Source: an uncultured virus (IMG/VR IMGVR_UViG_3300007229_000009)
Taxonomy: Duplodnaviria > Heunggongvirae > Uroviricota > Caudoviricetes > Crassvirales
IMG/VR virus record: IMGVR_UViG_3300007229_000009
Strand: one strand, 5' to 3'
DNA: 64,000 nucleotides
Position 1 is the first letter of the stretch. Each line of letters opens with the position of its first letter. The position numbers and the translations under genes are program-made. This document shows positions 7,801 to 16,782 of the stretch, one piece after another. The notes under the pieces were generated by a model. It saw nothing but the letters and a program-made list of their open reading frames with translations, had not been told where the DNA came from and ran no database searches.

Positions 7801-8002
7801 AGGAAATATAAGACAATAAATGATAAAGTATTATACTCCAGATCCAGAAGATGAAGATGACAATGATGAGATTCTATTTATATAAAAGTTAGTTAGATAG
7901 TTAATTCTAGGTTAAATCCCACCTCACAACATCTGTTAATGATTTGATTTTGTTTTGTGTTGGTTATACAAGAGGTGGGTTTTAATTTACTAAAAAAATT
8001 AC

Positions 8003-8308
8003 ATGAAAAAAGAAATATTTGATAAGTATAGTCAAGCTGTGGCCACTCAATTCCATCTAACATTAGATGAAATGTTTAGCAAAACAAAGAGACAAGACAT
8101 TGTCGAAGCAAGGCAGATATTATATTATCTCTGCAAAGAAAGACCTATTAGAGTTAGTTTTATCCAAAGGTTTTTACAAGAAAATGGATACAACATAACT
8201 CATTCCAATATTATGTATGGCTACAATCAAGCCAAGAAAATGATTGAACAAGATTCCGATTATAAAAATTTTATAGACCAAGCCACAAATGATGCGAACT
8301 CTGATTGA
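8003..8308 (+). CDS. DnaA C-terminal (domain IV)-like helix-turn-helix protein
   Basis: LTLDEMFSKTKRQDIVEARQILYYL...THSNIMYG resembles the DnaA domain IV pattern (SxxRxxxIVxARQIAMYL...DHTTV). Confidence 0.7.
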   Translation: MKKEIFDKYSQAVATQFHLTLDEMFSKTKRQDIVEARQILYYLCKERPIRVSFIQRFLQENGYNITHSNIMYGYNQAKKMIEQDSDYKNFIDQATNDANSD

Positions 8309-8702
8309 GATATATAATGAAGCCAAAGAAGATCCTAGAGCTATCATTACAGAATTTAGCAATAGAGAGTCTATAATAAACAAAGGTTGTAAAATCCAAA
8401 AGTTTACTGATAGGATAGAGATACTTAATATGGGTAAGGGTGGAGACTATTTTAGAATCTGCACTAAAGATGAGTATGACTTTTTTTATATCCATGGGTG
8501 GAAGGTTGGAGTAATCTTGTTAGCATTAAGTAATTGTCAGTATAAACTAGACATTATTAAAGAAAGAATTAAAAAGGAAGTAAACACCAGAAAAAACGAT
8601 AAGCACATTCAGAATTTAAAAAACAGAAGAGAGGCTATCATGGTTAAGTTCACTAATTATAAAAGAAAATTAAATCAAATTAAATCTAAATCACAATTAT
8701 GA
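8289..8702 (+). CDS. Hypothetical protein
   Basis: ORF track; overlaps both neighbours in operon fashion. Confidence 0.7.
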   Translation: MMRTLIEIYNEAKEDPRAIITEFSNRESIINKGCKIQKFTDRIEILNMGKGGDYFRICTKDEYDFFYIHGWKVGVILLALSNCQYKLDIIKERIKKEVNTRKNDKHIQNLKNRREAIMVKFTNYKRKLNQIKSKSQL

Positions 8703-9241
8703 ATAAATTAAAATCAATTAAAATTAAAGGTAAGGATTATGTTGAAGTTCATGAAAGACTTAAGTATTTCAGAGCCACATATCCTAAGTATTCTCTAACT
8801 ACAGAAGTTATAGAGAAAACAGAATCATCAATACTAGTCATGGCTATTATAAAAGATGATAAAGATAGAATCTTAGCTACAGGTTTAGCCGAAGAGTCTA
8901 AAAATTCTACATTTATAAATAAAACAAGTTATGTAGAAAATGCAGAGACTTCAGCTTGGGGAAGAGCATTAGGTAATTTAGGTATAGGATTAGATACATC
9001 TGTAGCAAGTGCAGATGAAGTAGGTAATGCTATAGCTAATCAAAACAAACCTACTAAGGTTATTAAAAAAACCAAGAAAGAAGGTAAATGGACTTTAAAA
9101 GTTGAGGATGAAAAGTGGGATGTGGTCCTAGGATGGATTGCTAAGAATAAAGAATTAGGTCTGCCAAAAATAATAGAAGTCTTAGAAGGTGGATACACAA
9201 TAGGTGATGATGTAAAAGTAGAAATTAAAAAACATGTATAG
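8699..9241 (+). CDS. Single-strand annealing recombinase (Sak/Rad52-like)
   Basis: IKGKDYVEVHERL and ENAETSAWGRAL motifs; adjacent to an exonuclease and an SSB. Confidence 0.65.
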   Translation: MNKLKSIKIKGKDYVEVHERLKYFRATYPKYSLTTEVIEKTESSILVMAIIKDDKDRILATGLAEESKNSTFINKTSYVENAETSAWGRALGNLGIGLDTSVASADEVGNAIANQNKPTKVIKKTKKEGKWTLKVEDEKWDVVLGWIAKNKELGLPKIIEVLEGGYTIGDDVKVEIKKHV

Positions 9242-10043
9242 CCCTATGGATCCACAAGCAATAGTCTTGGATAAACTCCAAGATGACATCAATTATTATG
9301 GTGACTATGGTAAGCAGTTTTTATCATACTCAGACATCAGAGTATTATTTACTACTCCTAATTTATTCAAGCAAGACACTTTAAAGTCTAAAGCATTGAT
9401 TGAAGGTTCTTACTTTCATACTGCAATGCTTGAGCCAGATAGAATTAAAGAGTATGAAATAGTAGATGTAGCATCTAGGTCAACTAAAGCATACAAAGAA
9501 GTTTGTCCTCCAGGCGAAATACTTTTGCTTAGAAAAGAGCAAGAGCATTTAGACAAATTAGTGGCTACTATGAAGGATAGTCTAGAAATGAGTTCTATTA
9601 TATATAGTAGAGACAACAATTTTGAAGTTCCTGGCACAGAATCTATAATGAATAATATGTGGAAAGGCAAAGCTGATATTGTAACTGACTCTGCTTTTCA
9701 AGTTATAGCAGAGGACCAAGATGGTAATGAGCAAGTTATAGACTATAGTGATGGTGCAGTCATTGATTTAAAGACTACATCAGATATGACAAAGTTTAGA
9801 TACTCATTTTTTACTTATAATTATGATGCTCAAAGCTATATATACCAAAGATTATTTAATAAACCAATGTTGTTTCTTGTAATTGACAAGCAGACAATGA
9901 GGTTGTCAATGAGACCTGTTTCTGCCGACACTATTGAAAGAGGTAAGTTAAAAGTAGAACAAGCAACTAGAATTTATGAGAAATTTTTCGGTGATAAGGC
10001 AACTCATGATGTTAACACATTTATTGATAAGCAAATTATATAA
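9234..10043 (+). CDS. PD-(D/E)XK exonuclease (RecE/ExoVIII-like)
   Basis: LSYSDI, GSYFHTAMLEP, KGKAD, IDLKTT and YDAQSYIY motifs. Confidence 0.85.
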   Translation: MYSPMDPQAIVLDKLQDDINYYGDYGKQFLSYSDIRVLFTTPNLFKQDTLKSKALIEGSYFHTAMLEPDRIKEYEIVDVASRSTKAYKEVCPPGEILLLRKEQEHLDKLVATMKDSLEMSSIIYSRDNNFEVPGTESIMNNMWKGKADIVTDSAFQVIAEDQDGNEQVIDYSDGAVIDLKTTSDMTKFRYSFFTYNYDAQSYIYQRLFNKPMLFLVIDKQTMRLSMRPVSADTIERGKLKVEQATRIYEKFFGDKATHDVNTFIDKQII

Positions 10044-10177
10044 CCTATATAAAAAGAAAACAAGACCAACTCACTTACAAGTGGATGTTCCAAACACTTG
10101 TAGTAGTTGGAAGGAAAGAAGACAAATTCTTTCTGTAACAAGAAAATTTTTGGAACAAAACATTAAAATTGTAAAAA

Positions 10178-10474
10178 ATGAGTGAAGCAACTAAAAAGAA
10201 CTACATTAAAGTAGGTAAAGGTGTTGAAAAGTTTGATGGTGGCTTGATAGAAATATCAGTCTGTCTTTCTGAAATACCACAAGAACACCGTTTCCAGTAT
10301 GAAGGAAAATGGTATACTAAACTAAAAGTTAATAGAAACAGAGATGGTGTAGATGATTATGGTAAGTCTCACTATGTGACTATTAATGAGTGGAAGCCAG
10401 AGGCTAAAGAACAAAAGCCAGCTCCACCAGTAGCAAAGAAAGAAGAAGAGGTTAGTCCTGATCTTCCATTTTAG
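10178..10474 (+). CDS. Putative single-stranded DNA-binding protein
   Basis: Small beta-rich protein ending in an acidic PDLPF tail; DDYGKSH motif; located in the recombination block. Confidence 0.65.
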   Translation: MSEATKKNYIKVGKGVEKFDGGLIEISVCLSEIPQEHRFQYEGKWYTKLKVNRNRDGVDDYGKSHYVTINEWKPEAKEQKPAPPVAKKEEEVSPDLPF

Positions 10475-10571
10475 TGTGTTTGGGTGTGAGAAATAGGAGG
10501 CGAAAGCCACACTAACTCACAATCAAGACAATAGGGTATGAGAAGAGTGTGGTTTCTCTTCTCTGCTCTTT

Positions 10572-10680
10572 TGTCAAATGACAAATGACAAAAAAAATTT
10601 ACTATAGACCACTATAATAACAATTAGTATTATATTTTTTTATATTATTATATATTATTAAATATTGACATAATTGACAT
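10572..10680. repeat. TGTC/GACA repeat element, copy B (candidate origin or operator before the primase)
   Basis: TGTCAAATGACAAATGACA...ACTATA...TTGACATAATTGACAT around an AT-only tract. Confidence 0.6.
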
Positions 10681-10724
10681 AACAGAGTAAAAGTTAAAAT
10701 TAAATTAAATTAAATCGACATCAA

Positions 10725-13136
10725 ATGGACATCACCATCTTTAAAGATATTAAAGAAACAGCACAACCATTCTATAGAAAGGTCGATGTTATCTTAAAAA
10801 GAATACAAGAAGGCTCATCAAAAGATTTAGTTAAAAGAATCCGAGCTGAGAAAGACAAAGAAAAAAGAAACTTATTAAAACAACAACTCCCGGCCATTTG
10901 TTTCAGTGGGACATTCACAAAAAGAAATGATTCCTCACTACAGAGTCACAGTGGCTTAATATGTTTAGACTTTGATGGTTATAAGACTAACAAAGACATG
11001 CTTCAGGAAAAAGAAAGGCTAAGTAAAAACAAATATATATTTGCTTTGTTTATTTCACCTAGTGGCAAAGGATTAAAGGCAGTTGTTAAAATTCCTAAAG
11101 AGCCAGAAAATCATAAAAATTATTTCTTAAGTCTGCAACATCATGTAAACTCAGAGTATTTCGATAAAACTTGTAAAAACATATCTAGAGTTTGTTATGA
11201 GTCTTATGATCCATTACTTTATGTTAATGCTAATTCAAGTACATGGGATAAAATTGTAGAGCAAGAGTATACAGAGGTTATAAAACATGTAGATATCCCT
11301 ACCATACCAGTAACAGATGAGAATAAAATAGTTGACATTTTAACTAAGTGGTGGCAAAAGAAGTACCCAATGATAGAAGGTCAGAGAAATCAAAACATCT
11401 ATATATTGGCCGCAGCATTTAATGATTTTGGTGTTAACCAGACTCTAGCAGAGTATGTCATGAATAGTTTTTCTAGTCAAAATTTTAGTGCTACAGAAAT
11501 TAAGAGGACTATATCTTCTGCATATGCACAAAAACAAAACTTTGGTACAAAGTATTATGAGGATGAAGACAAGGTTAACTTAGTTAGAGAGAAGTTAAAA
11601 AGAGGTGTATCAAAAAAAGAAATCCGATCCCAGCTTGAAGAGTCTGATGTTGAGGTCGGCACAATAGAGAATGTTTTAGTCAGACTCGAGGATGAGCAAT
11701 CTAATAGTAAGTTCTGGACAAAGAATGATAAAGGAGTTATAAAAATTGTACACATATCTTTTAAAAGTTTCTTAGAAGAGAATGGTTTTTATAAATTTAA
11801 TCCTGAAGGCAGTAGAAGTTATGTATTTGTAAGGGTTACAAACAACCTTATAGACCACACATCAGAAAAAGAGATTAAAGATTTTATTCTTAACTACTTG
11901 TTAGAAATAGATGATTTGACAGTTTATAATTACTTTGCAGAGCATACAAGATATTTTAGAGAAGAGTTTTTAACTTTATTATCTTCTATTGATGTGTATT
12001 TTATAGAAGACAATAAGAATACTGCATACTTATATTATAAATCTGGTGCAGTAAAGGTTACACACAATAGTGTTACACCAATAGACTACCTAGATTTAGG
12101 TGGATATGTTTGGAAGGACCATGTAATAGACAGAACTTATGTTTCATGTGAGTCTAATGAGTGTGACTATAAAAGTTTTATTACTAATATATGTGGTAAG
12201 GATGAGAGTAGAGTCAATTCAATGAGGTCTACAATAGGATATTTGCTACATGCATGGAAAAATTTATCGTATAGCCCAGCTACAATACTTAATGATGAAC
12301 AAATATCTGATTCTCCTGAAGGTGGTACTGGTAAGGGTTTATTTATAAATGCTTTGTCACACATGAAGAAGGTTGTTGTAATAGATGGTAAGTCTTTTAA
12401 TTTTGAGAAATCATTCGCCTATCAATTAGTAAGTGCAGACACACAAATATTATGTTTTGATGATGTAAGTAAGCATTTTAACTTTGAACGATTATTCTCA
12501 GTTGTTACTGAGGGATTAACACTGGAAAAGAAAAACAAAGATGCTATAAAGATTCCTTTTTCTAAATCTCCAAAGGTTGCAATAACTACAAACTATGCAA
12601 TTAGAGGTAAAGGCTCATCATTTGAACGAAGAAAGTGGGAGTTAGAATTAGCACAACATTATACTAGAGAGCATACTCCAGTAAAAGAGTTTGGTAAACT
12701 TATGTTCGGAGAATGGAATGATGATGAGTGGTGTGCTTTTGATAATTTTATGATTGAGTGTCTTCAGCTTTACCTAAGAGATGGTTTAGTTAAGAGTGAA
12801 TTTGTTAACTTGAAGATTAGAAGGCTATCTGCCGAAACATGTCATGAGTTTATAGAATGGTGTGGTATACTGGATGGAATGCCTTTGAACAAAATGTTAG
12901 CAACCAATACAAAAATATTTAAACAAGACTTGTACTTTGATTTTATTGAAGACAATCCAGACTTTGCACCTAAGTCTAAAATGACAGTGTCAAGGACTAG
13001 GTTCTATAAATGGTTAACTGCTTACAACCAGTACAAGCACAAGTGCGATCCTGAAGAAGGAAGAGAAGCAGGAGGTAGATGGATAGTATTCAGAAATGCA
13101 CAGAAAATAGAAGAAAATGGAAAAATAGATTTTTAG
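10725..13136 (+). CDS. Primase-helicase (VirE-N/BT4734-like prim-pol, PriCT and P-loop helicase domains)
   Basis: LPAICFSGTF, GLICLDFD, FISPSGKGLK; EGQRNQNIY (PriCT); Walker A GGTGKG; Walker B CFDD; ITTN. Confidence 0.85.
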   Translation: MDITIFKDIKETAQPFYRKVDVILKRIQEGSSKDLVKRIRAEKDKEKRNLLKQQLPAICFSGTFTKRNDSSLQSHSGLICLDFDGYKTNKDMLQEKERLSKNKYIFALFISPSGKGLKAVVKIPKEPENHKNYFLSLQHHVNSEYFDKTCKNISRVCYESYDPLLYVNANSSTWDKIVEQEYTEVIKHVDIPTIPVTDENKIVDILTKWWQKKYPMIEGQRNQNIYILAAAFNDFGVNQTLAEYVMNSFSSQNFSATEIKRTISSAYAQKQNFGTKYYEDEDKVNLVREKLKRGVSKKEIRSQLEESDVEVGTIENVLVRLEDEQSNSKFWTKNDKGVIKIVHISFKSFLEENGFYKFNPEGSRSYVFVRVTNNLIDHTSEKEIKDFILNYLLEIDDLTVYNYFAEHTRYFREEFLTLLSSIDVYFIEDNKNTAYLYYKSGAVKVTHNSVTPIDYLDLGGYVWKDHVIDRTYVSCESNECDYKSFITNICGKDESRVNSMRSTIGYLLHAWKNLSYSPATILNDEQISDSPEGGTGKGLFINALSHMKKVVVIDGKSFNFEKSFAYQLVSADTQILCFDDVSKHFNFERLFSVVTEGLTLEKKNKDAIKIPFSKSPKVAITTNYAIRGKGSSFERRKWELELAQHYTREHTPVKEFGKLMFGEWNDDEWCAFDNFMIECLQLYLRDGLVKSEFVNLKIRRLSAETCHEFIEWCGILDGMPLNKMLATNTKIFKQDLYFDFIEDNPDFAPKSKMTVSRTRFYKWLTAYNQYKHKCDPEEGREAGGRWIVFRNAQKIEENGKIDF

Positions 13137-13207
13137 GGGTATGTAGGTATCACTAACTATGAGAAAGTCTCTTAGAACGCATCTATGAAAGCCGAATTTT
13201 AGAAAAT

Positions 13208-14398
13208 ATGAAGAAAATCACTGTTTTAGACCTTTTTTCAGGAATTGGTGGATTTCACAAAGGTTTTGAAAAAGCGGGTTATAAAGTTAAAACTTTCTTT
13301 TCAGAAGTTGATGCTCATGCCATTGCAGTGTATAAATATAATTTTAAAAATAGTAAGTATGTCGGATCAGTTACAGATGTTCGAGGAACACAGTTACCAA
13401 AAATTGACGCTATCACCTTTGGAAGCCCTTGCCAAGACTTTAGTGTCGCTGGAAATCGTAAAGGGATGGGAGGAGATAGATCGAGCCTTATCCTTGAAGC
13501 GATTAGACTCATTGATGAATGCCGACCAGGAATTTTTATCTGGGAAAATGTTAAAGGAACATTCAGCTCAAACGATGGCAGAGATTTTGCGGCAATCCTC
13601 CAAGCCTTTACCAACATTGGGGGTTATAGACTTGAATGGCAATTGTGTAATACATCGTGGTTTCTACCCCAAAACAGAGAGAGAATCTACCTTGTCGGAT
13701 ATTCTGCAAACCCCCCAAGAGATTGGAAAGGAGTTTTTCCTATCGAAATCAGCTCAAGCAAGACTCAAGGAATACAAAAAGGAGTAGCCCAGGTAAGTAA
13801 CTTTTCTGAAAGAGAGTTTGGTTTTAAAGATACTGCACCAGCTTTGTTGTCAAGAGACTATAAAGATCCTAAGATAGTAAGAGCTGCAGACTACAGAAAT
13901 GATGAAGGACTACGAATAAGAACTGAGGGTGATAGCCCTTGTCTATCTGCAAGAAGACACAGTGAAAAAGATATTAGCACCATGCCTCCTTTAGTTTTAT
14001 CTGGTGCATTGAGAACAAGAGATAATGGTAAAGATTTAGAAACAAGAAAAGATAATGTGGCTAATGCAGTAACAACAAGTCCATTAGATAGTATAGTTGT
14101 GCCAACACAACTAGGCAATTCAGATAAATTTGGTAATGCAGTTAAATCTGATGGTGAGGATGCATTTACTTTAAGGTCCTCTGAACCCAATGGCATAATA
14201 GAAAATGAATCTATAAGAAGACTGACACCTATAGAGTGTGAAAGACTACAAGGATTTCCTGATAACTGGACTGAGTATGGTATATATGATGGGGTGACTA
14301 AAAAGGTAAGCAACACTCAAAGATATAAGATGTGTGGGAATGCAGTGACTGTAGATGTTGTTCAAGCAGTGGTTAATAAATGCAAAGACATAATATGA
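13208..14398 (+). CDS. C5 cytosine DNA methyltransferase (Dcm-like)
   Basis: FSGIGG, GSPCQDFS, ENV, PQNRER, RRLTPIECERLQGFPD and GNAVTV motifs. Confidence 0.95.
   Translation: MKKITVLDLFSGIGGFHKGFEKAGYKVKTFFSEVDAHAIAVYKYNFKNSKYVGSVTDVRGTQLPKIDAITFGSPCQDFSVAGNRKGMGGDRSSLILEAIRLIDECRPGIFIWENVKGTFSSNDGRDFAAILQAFTNIGGYRLEWQLCNTSWFLPQNRERIYLVGYSANPPRDWKGVFPIEISSSKTQGIQKGVAQVSNFSEREFGFKDTAPALLSRDYKDPKIVRAADYRNDEGLRIRTEGDSPCLSARRHSEKDISTMPPLVLSGALRTRDNGKDLETRKDNVANAVTTSPLDSIVVPTQLGNSDKFGNAVKSDGEDAFTLRSSEPNGIIENESIRRLTPIECERLQGFPDNWTEYGIYDGVTKKVSNTQRYKMCGNAVTVDVVQAVVNKCKDII
13359..13787 (+). CDS. Nested +1-frame ORF, M.EcoHK31I beta-polypeptide-like
   Basis: MSDQLQMF...ESTLSDILQTPQEIGKEFFLSKSAQARL with an A-rich leader, lying entirely within the methyltransferase gene. 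Confidence 0.5.
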   Translation: MSDQLQMFEEHSYQKLTLSPLEALAKTLVSLEIVKGWEEIDRALSLKRLDSLMNADQEFLSGKMLKEHSAQTMAEILRQSSKPLPTLGVIDLNGNCVIHRGFYPKTERESTLSDILQTPQEIGKEFFLSKSAQARLKEYKKE

Positions 14399-15627
14399 AA
14401 TTAAGACAATATCAATCTGACATCGTAGAAAAAGGTACAGAGGTTTTAAAAAAACATGGATTTTTGTATCTTGCTATGGAGGTTAGGACTGGTAAAACCT
14501 TGACAAGTTTGGCTATGAGTCTTGCTCTTCCAGTTCATAACCTCTTATTTATTACAAAGAAAAAAGCAATCTCCAGTATACAAGGAGATTATGATATGCT
14601 TAATCCTTCCTATAATATTACTATAATAAATTACGAAAGCCTACATAAAGTGTCTCATGAGACAAAGTGGGACTTAATAGTTTGTGATGAGGCACATTCG
14701 ATGGGTGCATTTCCAAAACCTAGCCTTAGAGCCAAGACAGTTAAAGAGTTTATATTAAAACATAATCCATATGTAATTCTTTTATCTGGTACACCAACAC
14801 CAGAATCTTACTCACAAATGTACCACCAGGTTTATGCTATTAGAAATAATCCTTTTAATCAATATAAAAGTTTTTACAAGTTTGCTAAACAATATGTACA
14901 AGTTAAACAAAAAAAAATAGGAGCCATGACTATAAATGACTGGAGTCATGGGTTACAATCAATACTCGATGATATGAAACCATATACAATTGCATATACT
15001 CAGAAAGAAGCTGGGTTTAAAGTTAACACTGATGAAGAAGTTTTACATGTTCCACTTACTAGTGTGATAAAATCATTAGTAAGAAGGCTTACCAAAGATA
15101 GGGTTGTTGAAGGATCGGAGAATGTAATATTGGCAGACACAGCAGTAAAGCTTATGTCAAAATTACATCAACTGTATTCTGGTACAGTTAAATTTGAAAG
15201 TGGAGAGTCTATGGTTATAGATTTATCTAAGGCAGAATTTATCAGAAAACAATTTAGAAGTAAAAAGATTGCTATATTTTATAAGTTTAAAGAAGAGTTA
15301 AATGCTTTAAAAAAAGTATATCGTAAAGGTTTGTGTACAGAACTAGAAGAGTTTAACACTACTAATAAAAGTATTGCACTACAAATAGTTTCAGGAAGAG
15401 AGGGTATAAGTTTAAAAAATGCACAAGCCTTGGTATATTACAATATAGACTTTAGTGCTACAAGTTACTGGCAATCAAGAGACAGAATGACCACAAAAGA
15501 TAGGTTGTATAATAAAATATACTGGGTATTTTCTGAGGGTGGTATTGAGGATGACATATACAAGAGTGTTATAAAGAAGAAAGATTACACCCTTAATCAT
15601 TTCAAAAAGGATTTACTAAATTTGTAA
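14380..15627 (+). CDS. SF2/SNF2-like helicase (start probably MKLRQYQ at 14395)
   Basis: LRQYQ Q-motif, EVRTGKT, DEAH, LSGTP and QSRDR motifs. Confidence 0.9.
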   Translation: MQRHNMKLRQYQSDIVEKGTEVLKKHGFLYLAMEVRTGKTLTSLAMSLALPVHNLLFITKKKAISSIQGDYDMLNPSYNITIINYESLHKVSHETKWDLIVCDEAHSMGAFPKPSLRAKTVKEFILKHNPYVILLSGTPTPESYSQMYHQVYAIRNNPFNQYKSFYKFAKQYVQVKQKKIGAMTINDWSHGLQSILDDMKPYTIAYTQKEAGFKVNTDEEVLHVPLTSVIKSLVRRLTKDRVVEGSENVILADTAVKLMSKLHQLYSGTVKFESGESMVIDLSKAEFIRKQFRSKKIAIFYKFKEELNALKKVYRKGLCTELEEFNTTNKSIALQIVSGREGISLKNAQALVYYNIDFSATSYWQSRDRMTTKDRLYNKIYWVFSEGGIEDDIYKSVIKKKDYTLNHFKKDLLNL

Positions 15628-15628
15628 T

Positions 15629-15850
15629 ATGAGGTTTATTAAGTTTACTCTTATTTGGATAAGCCAGAACTTAGCAATACCTTTTTGGATTGTAGGGCAC
15701 ATACATTTATCAATTCATAGTTTTCATGACTTAATTGAGTTAGTATCTTCAATAGGAATGAATGTGATTGTAGCTATAGGCTTTTATTTAGATTATAAAA
15801 ATGACAGAGCAACAAATACAAAGCAAAAGAATAAAAGAACTAGAGGCTGA
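15629..15850 (+). CDS. Small membrane protein
   Basis: Two hydrophobic segments. Confidence 0.55.
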   Translation: MRFIKFTLIWISQNLAIPFWIVGHIHLSIHSFHDLIELVSSIGMNVIVAIGFYLDYKNDRATNTKQKNKRTRG

Positions 15851-16040
15851 AGGATATTATGTGCTTAAATTAATTAAGACTAATAAAAATGGGATACCTG
15901 ATTTACTTGCAATACCTCCGAACTGTGAAGTATTGTTTTCGGAAGTTAAAACTCCGAAAGGTAAGGTGTCAGTTTTACAGAAGTATAGATTAAAAGAATT
16001 AGAAGAATATGGATTTAGAACCGAGGTACATAAAGGATAG
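15801..16040 (+). CDS. VRR-NUC family nuclease
   Basis: MTEQQIQ, GIPDL, EVKTPKG and LQKYR motifs; next to the helicase. Confidence 0.85.
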   Translation: MTEQQIQSKRIKELEAEGYYVLKLIKTNKNGIPDLLAIPPNCEVLFSEVKTPKGKVSVLQKYRLKELEEYGFRTEVHKG

Positions 16041-16332
16041 AGGCTATGAAGTAGAAGATAACTTTGTAACCTCACTAGAAGAGATAGAAGAACCTATCGC
16101 TATAAAAATAGCTTTGTTTATACAAGATAATCTAAGAGATATTTCTCCTAATAATTTTACTACTTATGTGTTAGGTGGTGTAGTACATTATTATAATGAA
16201 CCTATTACTTTTGCTGTTGAAGTGATGAAAACACATGGAGAGTATTTAACACTTACAGACTTATCATTAATAAATATGAATGAATATTTAGATTTGATAT
16301 GTTTAAATTCATACATAAAACCTAGAAAATGA
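16009..16332 (+). CDS. Hypothetical protein
   Basis: ORF track. Confidence 0.65.
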   Translation: MDLEPRYIKDRGYEVEDNFVTSLEEIEEPIAIKIALFIQDNLRDISPNNFTTYVLGGVVHYYNEPITFAVEVMKTHGEYLTLTDLSLINMNEYLDLICLNSYIKPRK

Positions 16333-16544
16333 TATACAAAGTCGAAGATTTAGAATATTTCAAATCATATAAAAGAAATTTATATCAATTTTTAATTATT
16401 AATTGTTGTTATCCTGGGACCTATAATCCTAATGGTGGACGCATCCCTATATCTGCACATAACATGTTAGGATTGCTTAAAGAGATTAGTAGACTAGAAA
16501 TTCATATCGCTAAAATAAACCAAGAATTAGGTACTGACATTTGA
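16329..16544 (+). CDS. Hypothetical protein
   Basis: ORF track; ATGA overlap with the previous gene. Confidence 0.6.
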   Translation: MIYKVEDLEYFKSYKRNLYQFLIINCCYPGTYNPNGGRIPISAHNMLGLLKEISRLEIHIAKINQELGTDI

Positions 16545-16590
16545 ATCTTACTAAAATTTTTTTATATTTGGTATAGATGGGAAAAAAAAA

Positions 16591-16782
16591 ATGAACGGTA
16601 TATCTCAAGACGATGTGAGTGCGATTAAGCATATTAACTTTGTGACAAACAACTCACACAACCTCATCACCGAATTATATGAAGACTTAATGGAGAGAGA
16701 TCACAACGAAGCAAAAGCCAAGGCGCAAAAAGTTTGTAAACTTATGGCTGATTTAATTCAGTCATTGTCTGATGAAGTTTAA
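16591..16782 (+). CDS. Hypothetical protein with its own TATATTTG promoter (16563-16570)
   Basis: ORF track; TAnnTTTG upstream; last gene of the plus-strand arm. Confidence 0.65.
   Translation: MNGISQDDVSAIKHINFVTNNSHNLITELYEDLMERDHNEAKAKAQKVCKLMADLIQSLSDEV

Noticed and set aside
9976..10185. Track ORF of 69 aa overlapping the exonuclease 3' end
   Set aside because: A short gene may fill 10043-10185, but the listed start overlaps the exonuclease and I could not define a convincing start, so it is not listed as a feature
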